64,000 nt of DNA from an uncultured Candidatus Saccharibacteria bacterium (GTDB lineage Bacteria; Patescibacteriota; Minisyncoccia; Phycocordibacterales; UBA918): NCBI GenBank assembly GCA_964493145.1, contig CAZBMV010000001.1, forward strand, positions 169,812 through 233,811, written 5' to 3'. Made by a program: the position numbers and the translations under genes. The notes beneath the pieces were generated by a model, which was not told where the DNA came from, searched no databases, and saw only the letters and a program-made list of their open reading frames with translations. Each line of letters begins with the position of its first letter. Position 1 is the stretch's first letter. Positions 50,567 to 59,862 of this stretch are shown in pieces.

Positions 50567-51031
50567 TTAGTGCCCGTGTAGGGTGCCGAAGATGCGTTGG
50601 AGTTCACTCCACGGAATGAGAATATTCTCTCTCGTCACAAAACGTCGTGCGCGTTCGTGGGTCAATTCCAATTCCGGGTCAGCGTCCCCGTTCTCATTGA
50701 GGATGTTGATTGCATCTTCAAGGAGGATGAGTGCCGGAAGCGAAAAATCATCACGGAGTTCACCGAGTACGTGGTGACGCTTCAGCAGTTGAGCGTGTGC
50801 ACAGTAGAAGACAATTGCGTCGGGCTTTTCGTAGTCAAACTCTCCATGGGCGTCGCGCTCGTATCCGAGCTCATACATTCCCGTGTATCGACTGAACGTG
50901 AGTTGAGAATGGTCGCCACACCATGTGCGTGAAAAACAGTGAAGAAGGCGCATATTTTCTTGCCAAATTACTCTGTCACCACGTGATGCTCGTTCAAGGT
51001 ACGTGAGAAAGCCAGGATGGATTGTAAACAT
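50567..51031 (-). CDS. Hypothetical orphan protein
   Basis: 154-aa ORF with SD GGAGG and a terminator hairpin. Confidence 0.5.
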   Translation of the reverse strand: MFTIHPGFLTYLERASRGDRVIWQENMRLLHCFSRTWCGDHSQLTFSRYTGMYELGYERDAHGEFDYEKPDAIVFYCAHAQLLKRHHVLGELRDDFSLPALILLEDAINILNENGDADPELELTHERARRFVTRENILIPWSELQRIFGTLHGH

Positions 51032-51103
51032 GAATCCTCCGACAGTGAGGTTGTAAGGAACCTGCTAGGGGGAGTTTAACACAAAGCGCCTATAAAAAAA
51101 GCA

Positions 51104-51787
51104 TTAGCGGAGGCGATCCTCACCGACAACGCGCCCGTCTTCCATGCGAATGATGCGATTGCAGTACTTTGTGTACTCATCCTCGTGCGTCACCATGACG
51201 ATGGTTTGCCCTTTCTTGTTGAGAGCCCCGAGGAGGTCGATGACTGCGTTTCCGGAAATAGTATCAAGATTTGCGGTCGGTTCATCGGCAAAGATAATTT
51301 TTGGATTTCCGGCGATGGCTCGTGCAATCGCGACGCGCTGCTGCTCACCACCGGAGAGTTGCGAGGGGAGATTACTGTCTTTTTCCGGAAGCCCGACTGC
51401 ATCAAGGGCGCTCTGTGCAGTATAGCGCGCCTCATCCCATGAACGCCCCTTCATGAGAAGTGGCACCATAATGTTTTCAAGCGCGCTGAGATCTGGCACG
51501 AGCGCGTAGTCCTGAAACACGTAGCCCAATGTATTGAGACGAAATTCTGTCTGTGCGCGCTCGGGAAGTTCTTGGATGTTTACTCCATCAATGGTGATTG
51601 TTCCCGAGGTCGGATGGTCGAGAACCGAAAGTTGGTACATGAGTGTTGATTTGCCTGCCCCTGACTTTCCCATGATGGCAATAAATTCGCCCTGCGATAC
51701 CGAAAGAGAAATGCCACGAAGCACCTGCGTCATGAGCGTTCCCTCACCGAATGCTCGTTCTACGTTGTGTGCAGTAATAAGTTCCAT
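51104..51787 (-). CDS. ABC transporter ATP-binding protein (MacB/LolD family)
   Basis: GKSGAGKS, LSGGEQQR, ADEPT and VTH motifs. Confidence 0.95.
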   Translation of the reverse strand: MELITAHNVERAFGEGTLMTQVLRGISLSVSQGEFIAIMGKSGAGKSTLMYQLSVLDHPTSGTITIDGVNIQELPERAQTEFRLNTLGYVFQDYALVPDLSALENIMVPLLMKGRSWDEARYTAQSALDAVGLPEKDSNLPSQLSGGEQQRVAIARAIAGNPKIIFADEPTANLDTISGNAVIDLLGALNKKGQTIVMVTHEDEYTKYCNRIIRMEDGRVVGEDRLR

Positions 51788-51788
51788 A

Positions 51789-53036
51789 CTATTTTCTACC
51801 GAGGATTGAGTTAAGGGTGTTCTGTCTCGTAATGAGCCACGCGGGGAGGAACCCGGCAATGAGTGTCGTAATGAAGAGTGTGACAAATTTGTAAAAAGTG
51901 GAAAGGGGATCGGCGACTAAGATGCCGTCACTGAAGGGGAAGTGAATTGGATTTGCATCAAAGTATGGTATGAGCACTGCGTACGTGAGAATGGCACCGA
52001 TTGCAGAACCCACGAGTGCGTAGAACGCCGCTTGGAGCACGTAGGCGATTTCAATTGCACGTTCGTCAATACCGATACCTTTTAAAATACCAATGTGTCG
52101 TCTGCGTGAGATCGCATTCACAAAAATGATAATGAAAATGGTAATGGAGGCAACGACGATGCCGATAGAGCCGATGAAGGTTCCTAAAAGGTTGAAGGTA
52201 TTTTTGATGTCGGTGAGAAACTTCGGGACACCTTCTTCAAATGTCTGAATTTTTGCGAACGTATCAAGGTTGCTCCGCACGAGTGACTCTTTAATTTTTG
52301 CATTATCCTCCGGCTGTGCGAGGCGGGTGACGATGAGGTCTGCGTTTTGGTCAATGCGACCGAAGAGGCGACGAAACTCGCGTTCGGGGATGTACGTGTT
52401 GAGGTTGATGTCGTCCACCTTTGACTGCAGGACACCCTTCACGGTGAATTCTTTTGATACCTTGCCTGCAGTAAGGCGGACTGAGTCGCCGGGGTGCACG
52501 TCCTCAATTGTCTCAAAGATGTCACCGTAGAGCTCTGCGAACTGACTCAGGTAGTACGCACCGATGAGAATGTACCCCTCTTCGTTCGGGTCAAGGTACT
52601 CTCCCTCAACGACGTAGTCGGAGAGGTACGTCATGCGGTCTTCGGCGACGACATCAATGCCGGTCACCTTTACCGCGGCGATATCGCGCTCTCCACCGAG
52701 GTCCTTGCGTTCTTTGTAGTTTGCTTCCAGTTCACCTCCACCGCTGTAGCGAACGGAGTACGTGGTAATTTCCGGGTACACAGAAAGTTCGCGGAGCATC
52801 GCACGGGTATCAAGGATGTGGTCTTCGCCGTCCTTCGCGGAAATGGTGAGGTCACCGTACGCGTTCTCCCTGACGGCGCGCTCTGCACCAACGATGAGCC
52901 CGACGAGCACGCCGGAGACCGCAATGAGATTGAGGAAGGTGAACATCATCACGAAGATGATGAGGAGTGTCGTCCACGTACTCGCACGCTGTATTTGGCG
53001 GAGTCCGAGGAGAAGCCCGATACGAAAGGTGCGCAT
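51789..53036 (-). CDS. ABC transporter permease (FtsX/MacB-like)
   Basis: 4-TM topology with a large extracellular loop; RRRHIGILKGIG. Confidence 0.9.
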   Translation of the reverse strand: MRTFRIGLLLGLRQIQRASTWTTLLIIFVMMFTFLNLIAVSGVLVGLIVGAERAVRENAYGDLTISAKDGEDHILDTRAMLRELSVYPEITTYSVRYSGGGELEANYKERKDLGGERDIAAVKVTGIDVVAEDRMTYLSDYVVEGEYLDPNEEGYILIGAYYLSQFAELYGDIFETIEDVHPGDSVRLTAGKVSKEFTVKGVLQSKVDDINLNTYIPEREFRRLFGRIDQNADLIVTRLAQPEDNAKIKESLVRSNLDTFAKIQTFEEGVPKFLTDIKNTFNLLGTFIGSIGIVVASITIFIIIFVNAISRRRHIGILKGIGIDERAIEIAYVLQAAFYALVGSAIGAILTYAVLIPYFDANPIHFPFSDGILVADPLSTFYKFVTLFITTLIAGFLPAWLITRQNTLNSILGRK

Positions 53037-53042
53037 ACGTGA

Positions 53043-54554
53043 TTATGGTGCGACGACAGAATCGCCCTCATTAAGTCCCTCAATGTGCGCGTAGCCGTCA
53101 TTGCCCTGCATGACAACGGTGACCGGTACCGAGCGTGTTTTCTTCTCATCGGGGACGAGTACGGAATACGTACCGTCGTCAGCCTCAACGAGAAATCGTT
53201 TTGGAATGCGAAGGACGTCTTCGTGTTTTTCAATAATGATATTGATGTCGGCGTTGAGTCCACCGCGCACCCACGGCTTTGGATCATCAAGGATAAGCGT
53301 CGTTTCAAAGTACGAAACGCCGGCAATCTCAGTCGCAACAGGTGAAATGTGGATAATGGTTGCGGTGAGGGGTTCTGTTGGCGCCGCGTCAAACACGACG
53401 TCCGCCTTTTGCCCCACAGCGATTTTCGTAATATTTATCTCGGGAATAATCGCCTCAATCTCAAAGTACCCTTCGGACACCATGGTGAGCACCGGCTCGG
53501 TAGTGACGATTTCTCCGGGTGCGAGATCAAGGTGGGTGACGGTACCGTCAAACGGCGCTCTTAAAATGTGATCTTGTATCTGCGCACCGATTGAAGCAAG
53601 TTGCGCTTCCGCCTGCGTGACTTGCGCTTCTTTGCGGATTACCGACTCCTCCCGTGGATTTGCGATTGTGAGTGTTGCGGTCTTTTCGGCGAGTTCAAGC
53701 GCCTGTGTTGCCGCATGGATTGCGTTTTCACGTGTGGTGACGGCGAGGTCGTAGGCGTTTTTGTTGGTAACGTATGACGTGCTTTCGGTGTTCGGTATCG
53801 CAATGTGCCACACCGATCCGCCGTACGAGACTCCATCCTCAAATTGGATTGAGAGACCACACGCGCCCATGGGAGCCGGTGACTCCGTGTACGCGGTGTA
53901 GGTACCACCTTCAAGTCCGGAGAGTCGGTACGAGTAACCGGATTTTGCGCCCGAGCCGAACACATCAAGAATGTACGTACCTTCCCCGCACGTGTACGTA
54001 CCGTACACTGATGGAGGCGTGTCCGCATTGCTTTTATCCTTAGGGCGTGCAACGAGGTCTGTTGAGAGGAGTGCACGGTATGCGGTCGCCACCTTTTCAT
54101 TTTGCTCGCGGGTAATACGCGAGAGGTCATCCTTCGCTATTTCCACCTTAGTCGTTTCAATCGCACGCTCTTCCGGTCTGATGCCGGTGATGAGTTCCGC
54201 TTGGTCCGCTTTCGCGATGACGAGTGCGCCGTACGCGTTTTGGTACTGCGCGCTGAGGTTGTCGTGCGCGAGTTCTGCGAGGACAGTATCCTTCTTTACG
54301 AAAGCACCCTCCGCAACCGAGAGCGACTTGAGTACTCCGGTGATAGGGAAACTCAGGTCAGCATTCCGGGTTGCGTCCACGGTACCGGAGACGGTGATGC
54401 TCGTCGCGACCGTTCCATTTTCCACTTTCCCCAAAGTCCACTCAGGCTCACCGTTCTTTGAGCGGACAATGGTAACTACGATAATAAAAATTATGACCGC
54501 CGATACGGTGGTGAGTATTTTCCTCTTCCGGAGGAACGTGATGATCTTTTGCAT
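53043..54554 (-). CDS. Membrane-fusion (HlyD/MacA-like) adaptor
   Basis: V.EG..V lipoyl-like halves, LRAPFDG, coiled coil, GLNEGD. Confidence 0.88.
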   Translation of the reverse strand: MQKIITFLRKRKILTTVSAVIIFIIVVTIVRSKNGEPEWTLGKVENGTVATSITVSGTVDATRNADLSFPITGVLKSLSVAEGAFVKKDTVLAELAHDNLSAQYQNAYGALVIAKADQAELITGIRPEERAIETTKVEIAKDDLSRITREQNEKVATAYRALLSTDLVARPKDKSNADTPPSVYGTYTCGEGTYILDVFGSGAKSGYSYRLSGLEGGTYTAYTESPAPMGACGLSIQFEDGVSYGGSVWHIAIPNTESTSYVTNKNAYDLAVTTRENAIHAATQALELAEKTATLTIANPREESVIRKEAQVTQAEAQLASIGAQIQDHILRAPFDGTVTHLDLAPGEIVTTEPVLTMVSEGYFEIEAIIPEINITKIAVGQKADVVFDAAPTEPLTATIIHISPVATEIAGVSYFETTLILDDPKPWVRGGLNADINIIIEKHEDVLRIPKRFLVEADDGTYSVLVPDEKKTRSVPVTVVMQGNDGYAHIEGLNEGDSVVAP

Positions 54555-54644
54555 ACAATGATTATAACAATAAAAGAAGCAAAACGAGAATTTAAGCCAA
54601 TCTTCCGTTCGTTCGTTTAAACGAACGAAATCAAGTGGTGTTTT

Positions 54645-54746
54645 TGTCCGTCCTCTTGGACTCGAACAAAGGACCACCGAGGTATATAAAATTAAAAAAT
54701 CCTTTGTCCGCCCGCTTGGACTTGAACCAAGGACCACCGAGGTATA
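54645..54746 (-). repeat. Two tandem orphan 3' halves of tRNA-Ile(UAU) (54645-54686 and 54705-54746)
   Basis: Each runs from the anticodon TATAC through the T-arm to the acceptor strand and ACA. Confidence 0.88.
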
Positions 54747-54762
54747 GAAATTCAAATTTTTG

Positions 54763-54836
54763 TCCGTCCTCTTGGACTCGAACCAAGGACCGCAGAGGTA
54801 TAAGCTCTGTGCTCTAACCAACTGAGCTAAGGACGG
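54763..54836 (-). tRNA. tRNA-Ile, anticodon UAU
   Basis: Cloverleaf CCGTCCT-TA-GCTC..GAGC-A-CAGAG-CTTATAC-CTCTG-CGGTC-CTTGG-TTCGAGT-CCAAG-AGGACGG-A; CCA not encoded. Confidence 0.93.
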
Positions 54837-55227
54837 ACAAAAATTTTAATTTATACAAGTTTCTCTCGCTCGGTTATGAAAATAAACTTTTTCATAACGC
54901 TCGCTCGTTCACTTGTAAGCCGAACACCTGCATGATTTTCTCACACAGGCGGACACAAAAACTATAGCGTAGTGTTTCTTCAAAAACAACAGGATACGAG
55001 AAAAGGCCGACGCACAGCGTCGGCCTTCCCAGATACAGGATCACCCCCTTTCGTTATCAGGTTTCTTCGCAGAGAAATATTTTTTGATCACGATGGCACC
55101 TCCTGTATGCTGGTTGAGAGGGAACTGCTACGTATCAGCGTAGTATTTCAACTCTCTGAAGTCAAGGAAAAAGCAATGAAAAAAGCCGACCAGTGTCATA
55201 TAGTCGGCTTCGTAATCTTTCGCTCGT

Positions 55228-55404
55228 TCAGGCGTGTGCCATCGCTTTTTCCCTCGCCTGAGCGTGCCGCTCGGGAAGCATAAGCCGGTGGCAGTGCCTC
55301 CTGTCGGCAAGCTCCGGCGTATTGGGAGATGGTGGCTTCTGCTGCTTTTTGTGAATGAGAAGAAAAAGAGCGAGTTGCCAAAGATCATTTCCGTGATACT
55401 CCAT
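55228..55404 (-). CDS. Small hypothetical protein (58 aa)
   Basis: Strong SD AAAGGAGG, upstream TTGACA, downstream hairpin. Confidence 0.4.
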   Translation of the reverse strand: MEYHGNDLWQLALFLLIHKKQQKPPSPNTPELADRRHCHRLMLPERHAQAREKAMAHA

Positions 55405-55974
55405 GACAACCTCCTTTGAGATTGTGTCCACATGGGCACAGCTCAATAATGCTAGTGTTTTTGGTGTGTGTCAAGGTAAGAGAAAAGGCCGAGATGCGCG
55501 CATCTCGGCCTTGGTTGATGTATGTACATGTGCCACGTGCACAGGTCTTTTGACCTGTGTCCTAGATCACCTAGGGCGGTTTTCTTATGGGCATGGCGTC
55601 TCCTTGGCGAAGAACAGATGCCGGGGTCGCCCCCCGAAACTTCCGGTGGCGACCCCGCGGCGACCGCGGCACCTCTTATCACGGTGACGACGGGGTGCGG
55701 GCGCGCTCCACCGACGGTGGCGGATGCGGGCCCGAGGTGCCAGTGTTGCGGGCTTGGCTACCGGTGCCGATTAGGCGCCGATAACCTGGCCGATGTTGAT
55801 GCCGATGAAGTTGGTTTCCAGACTCTCGTCGTGAATCTTCTTCACTGCAACCCTCCAAGAATGTATCCACATGGACACCCTTTCATGGTACCATATCCAA
55901 AATTTCTGTCAATAGCAAAAAATGTGTTGAAATGTATGGGTTTTAAAGCCGGCGCCCGAAGGGCGCCGGCTTCA

Positions 55975-58227
55975 CTACTCCATGTGGAGTGTCTCAGTGA
56001 GACGAAGTGCTTTTGCACGAATAGGTGCGTGGTGCGAAAGTTCGGGGTCATACTCTACGAGCGTGTGTGCCTCATCACGCGCCGCCTCTACTAATTTGAT
56101 GTTTTTGATTGCCTCCATGCCGAGGTCGGTGAGTCCCGATTGCCGAGCGCCGTAGAGTTCACCCGAACCGCGGAAGGCGAGATCGTACTCGGCGAGGTCA
56201 AAGCCACTCTTCGCGGTTGTGAGGGCGGTGAGGCGCTCTTTCGTCTTCTCACTTTTACTCTCCGTTACGACGAAGCAGTACGGCTGGTGCGTACCGCGGA
56301 TCACGCGCCCGCGGAGTTGGTGGAGCTGTGCGAGCCCGAAGCGTTCCGCACCTTCTATGATGATGTCGGTTGCATTGGGGACGTTGACGCCGACCTCAAC
56401 GACAGACGTTGCGACGAGGATGTCGGTTTCGTGTCGCGCGAAGGCGTCCATGACTTTTTCCTTTTCCGTCGGTTTCATTTTGCTATGCAAAATTGCAATG
56501 CGGTGTTTCGGGAATACGTGTTCCTTGAGGCGCTTCGCCTCGGCAATGACCGATTTCGCATTCACCGCCGTTTCTTTTTCCGGGTCGGGTTCTTCTATGC
56601 GCGGGCAAATGACGTACGCCTGTCTCCCCTCGGCAAGTTCTCGCCGTACGTGCTCGTACATGGCGTCTTCTTTTCCTTTAGTGACAATCGTCGTGATGAC
56701 CGGCTTTCGTCCCTTCGGCATTTCATCAAGGAGCGTGATGTCCAAATCACCATATATGGTGAGCGCAAGGGTGCGGGGAATGGGCGTTGCGGTCATGGAG
56801 AGGAGGTGTGGCATTCGCGCGTCCTTTTTTGCGAGCGCTTTTCGCTGGTTGGTGCCGAAGCGATGCTGTTCGTCAATAATGACGAGCGCGAGGTGCTTGA
56901 ATTCGACCGATTTGTACATGAGTGCGTGCGTGCCGATGAGGATAGGTATCTCACCATTCTTCACCCACTTTACGAGTTGCGCTTTTGATATCTTCGTTGC
57001 TTTCGTTGGATCGGTTTTTGAGGGGAACTTCATGCACCCGCTTCCCGTAATGAGACCGATTTGGATAGGGAGGTGCTTGAAGTACTGAATGAACGACTCA
57101 AAGTGTTGCTTTGCAAGGATTTCTGTAGGAGCCATGTAGGCAACCTGGAGGTTTCCAAATTCTAAATTATCCACTGAGTTGCCCGAGGAAAGACCTCGGG
57201 CAAGGTTTTGTTGTTGTGGGCGGGAGGTTGCTGTTGCGTACGCAACTGTCGCGGCGACGGCTGTCTTGCCACTTCCGACGTCTCCCTCAAGGAGTCGCGA
57301 CATGGGGCACTCACCGTTCACGTCCTTAAAGATGTTTGCGATGGCTTTTTTTTGCGCGTTCGTGAGTGGAAAAGGGAACCGTTCCGTGAATGCAGAAATG
57401 TGTGTGGGGTTGGTCTCAAATGTGTAACTTTGTGCGCCACGAATATGAGCGCGCGAAAGCGCTTGCGCCACCTGAATGTAGAAGACCTCCTCAAAGGCGA
57501 AGCGCTTTCGCGCGCTCATCGCATGATCCGCCTTCTTCGGCGTGTGAATCCACTGGAGTGCGGTGCGGAGCGTGGGGAGGTTGTACCGTTTCAACATACT
57601 CTCGGAGAGCGGATCGTCCATGCGCTCAAGGATTCCATACTCAAAACATTTCAGTATCGTGTGGTAGAACCACTTTGAGGTAATGCCCTTCGTCTCCCGA
57701 TACACGGGATAGATGGTCTCGTCGTGCGCACCGGTACCTTTGAAGATTGAATCGTGCCTATCTATGGGAAGCGTATCAAGTTTCTCCACTTCCGGATTAG
57801 CGATGTAGAGTTTTCCTTCGCTCCCCGTCACCTTGCCGACGAGCTTGACGTACATACCGTCGGTGAGCATTTTTGCGAGGTACGGTTGGTTGAACCACAT
57901 GATTTTGATGCGCGCGGAACCGTCTTCTATCCACCCTTCAGCAATAGGCACCTTACTTCGCCATGCCTTCCGCGTCTTGAGTCCCCCCAATTGACCAAAC
58001 ACGATTGCATCTTGCCCCTTTGTGAGGCCGCCGACCGACTGAATGTCACTTACGTCTTCGTAGCGCTGAGGAAGGTGATAGAGGAGGTTTTCAATGGTTA
58101 CGATGCCAAGCCGAATGAGCGCTTTTTGGTGGGTGGCATCAATGCGGAAATGTTTTGTGAGGGGATCAGAGGGGTGCACCCCATTAAACGGTCGCTTTGA
58201 ATGTTTGTAATCCCGTTCTTGTTGCAT
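55975..58227 (-). CDS. recG: ATP-dependent DNA helicase RecG
   Basis: GDVGSGKT, DEQHRFG, MTATPIPRT and QLHQLRGRV motifs. Confidence 0.96.
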   Translation of the reverse strand: MQQERDYKHSKRPFNGVHPSDPLTKHFRIDATHQKALIRLGIVTIENLLYHLPQRYEDVSDIQSVGGLTKGQDAIVFGQLGGLKTRKAWRSKVPIAEGWIEDGSARIKIMWFNQPYLAKMLTDGMYVKLVGKVTGSEGKLYIANPEVEKLDTLPIDRHDSIFKGTGAHDETIYPVYRETKGITSKWFYHTILKCFEYGILERMDDPLSESMLKRYNLPTLRTALQWIHTPKKADHAMSARKRFAFEEVFYIQVAQALSRAHIRGAQSYTFETNPTHISAFTERFPFPLTNAQKKAIANIFKDVNGECPMSRLLEGDVGSGKTAVAATVAYATATSRPQQQNLARGLSSGNSVDNLEFGNLQVAYMAPTEILAKQHFESFIQYFKHLPIQIGLITGSGCMKFPSKTDPTKATKISKAQLVKWVKNGEIPILIGTHALMYKSVEFKHLALVIIDEQHRFGTNQRKALAKKDARMPHLLSMTATPIPRTLALTIYGDLDITLLDEMPKGRKPVITTIVTKGKEDAMYEHVRRELAEGRQAYVICPRIEEPDPEKETAVNAKSVIAEAKRLKEHVFPKHRIAILHSKMKPTEKEKVMDAFARHETDILVATSVVEVGVNVPNATDIIIEGAERFGLAQLHQLRGRVIRGTHQPYCFVVTESKSEKTKERLTALTTAKSGFDLAEYDLAFRGSGELYGARQSGLTDLGMEAIKNIKLVEAARDEAHTLVEYDPELSHHAPIRAKALRLTETLHME

Positions 58228-58317
58228 GCGAAATCATATCTGCCCGTTTAACGGGACAGGTCATTCATAATAGTAACAGAAACATTGTATACTGTTAGTT
58301 CATTCACTTCGTACATC

Positions 58318-59475
58318 ATGAAAAAAGAAAAACAGCAAAAGAGAGATTACGCAAAGATGGCACTCGCGCTCCACAAAAAAATGCATGGGAAACTTGAAGT
58401 TGTCTCCAAGAGAAAATTGGTGACACGGGATGACTGGAGCACCATGTACACGCCGGGGGTTGGTGCGGTGTCGTCTCACTTGGCAACCCACCCGAAGGAG
58501 GTTCGCGAGTACACGATGAAGCGAAACACAGTCGCGGTTATCAGCGACGGCTCCGCGGTCTTGGGGCTCGGGAACATCGGCCCCATTGCGGCGCTCCCCG
58601 TCATGGAGGGGAAGTGCGCCATCCTCAAGGAGATGGCGGGAGTGGACGGTTTTCCGATTGTGCTTGATACGCAGGATACCGAAGAAATTATCAAAACCGT
58701 CATCAACATCGCACCCGGCTTCGGTGGTATTAACCTTGAGGATATCAGCGCGCCACGATGCTTTGAGATTGAGGAGCGACTGAAGGAAAAACTAACAATG
58801 CCGCTCATGCACGATGATCAGCACGGAACAGCTATCGTCGTACTCGCGGGGCTCCTCAATGCCGCGAAGGTGGTGAAGAAAAAATTTGAAACACTGAAGG
58901 TCGTTGTCGTTGGCGCGGGCGCCGCGGGACGGGCAATCACACTCCTCCTCATAAAGGCGGGAATTGGAAACATCATCGTGACTGACAGCACGGGGATCAT
59001 TTATCGTGGAAGGAAGGGTATGGCGGAATACAAGAACAATCTTGCGAAGGTAACAAATCCTGAGAACAAGAGGGGAGTGGTTGCCGATGCGGTCACGGGA
59101 GCCGATGTCATTATTGGTGTGTCGGGACCGGGGACCATCACACGTGCGCACGTGGAAGCGATGGCGAAAGATGCGATTGTATTCGCGCTCGCAAATCCGA
59201 TTCCGGAAATTAAGCCCGACGACGCACGTGCCGCAGGTGCGCGCATCATTGCGACCGGCCGCTCCGACTATCCGAACCAGGTCAACAACTCACTCGCCTT
59301 CCCGGGTATTTTCCGTGGCGCGCTTGATCGGAACGTCGCAAAAATTACCGACGACATGAAACTCGCGGCGGCAAAAAAAATCGCCGGCCTCGTGAAGAAA
59401 CCGACGGTGGACGAAATCGTTCCAAAAGTGACAGTGTCCGGACTCGTGAAAGCGGTCGCGAGCGTTATACGGTAA
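58318..59475 (+). CDS. NAD(P)-dependent malic enzyme
   Basis: YTPGV, DGSAVLGLG, NLEDI, HDDQHGT and GAGAAG motifs. Confidence 0.95.
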   Translation: MKKEKQQKRDYAKMALALHKKMHGKLEVVSKRKLVTRDDWSTMYTPGVGAVSSHLATHPKEVREYTMKRNTVAVISDGSAVLGLGNIGPIAALPVMEGKCAILKEMAGVDGFPIVLDTQDTEEIIKTVINIAPGFGGINLEDISAPRCFEIEERLKEKLTMPLMHDDQHGTAIVVLAGLLNAAKVVKKKFETLKVVVVGAGAAGRAITLLLIKAGIGNIIVTDSTGIIYRGRKGMAEYKNNLAKVTNPENKRGVVADAVTGADVIIGVSGPGTITRAHVEAMAKDAIVFALANPIPEIKPDDARAAGARIIATGRSDYPNQVNNSLAFPGIFRGALDRNVAKITDDMKLAAAKKIAGLVKKPTVDEIVPKVTVSGLVKAVASVIR

Positions 59476-59532
59476 TATTTTCTCCACGAAAAATGCCCCG
59501 TGTGGGGCATTTTTCGTGGAGAGCCATTCTCA

Positions 59533-59850
59533 CTACACAATATGTAGTACGTGGAGAAGGAAGTACCCACAAAGTGCGATTGTTGAAAGGAGCGCTGCGT
59601 AGAATGCCTGCCATACCGCACGGGAGGCACCGGCATTTTTCGTGAACGGATACGTCACGATGGTGGTGACAATAAAGAGTGCACACGAGAGGTAACTCTT
59701 TCCAAGCCAGTGGTGCGAAAATGTATTCTTCAGCCAATTCTTGAGCGGTGCCCATTCTTCACCAACGATGGTGAGGAGTGCGACGAGTATTGAGACGGCA
59801 ATCGTGCCGTATGCGGTCGCGATGATGAGACGGGTGAGTTTGTCGTTCAT
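59533..59850 (-). CDS. Small 3-TM membrane protein
   Basis: FSHHWLGKS motif. Confidence 0.65.
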   Translation of the reverse strand: MNDKLTRLIIATAYGTIAVSILVALLTIVGEEWAPLKNWLKNTFSHHWLGKSYLSCALFIVTTIVTYPFTKNAGASRAVWQAFYAALLSTIALCGYFLLHVLHIV

Positions 59851-59862
59851 GGTGATGAAAAA

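Noticed and set aside
54645-54802. Three ~42-bp repeats at near-regular spacing that resemble a CRISPR array
   Set aside because: The repeats are tRNA 3' halves, the spacers are only 14-18 nt and AT-rich, and no cas genes are present.
53043-54821. 592-aa version of the adaptor ORF with N-terminal repeats
   Set aside because: The extension reads through the tRNA and its repeats; the real start is probably 54554.
55038-55051. Match to the 16S rRNA 3' end suggesting an rRNA fragment
   Set aside because: Only 14 nt match and the flanks are unrelated to rRNA; kept only as an SD-like observation.
56140-57088. Long plus-strand ORFs opposite recG (similar cases at 10462-11424, 22765-23523, 41232-42269, 47954-48691 and 48818-49564)
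   Set aside because: Shadow ORFs overlapping well-supported genes, with no recognisable motifs.
57167-57175. DnaA-box-like TTATCCACT
   Set aside because: A single imperfect box inside recG, with no cluster or origin context.
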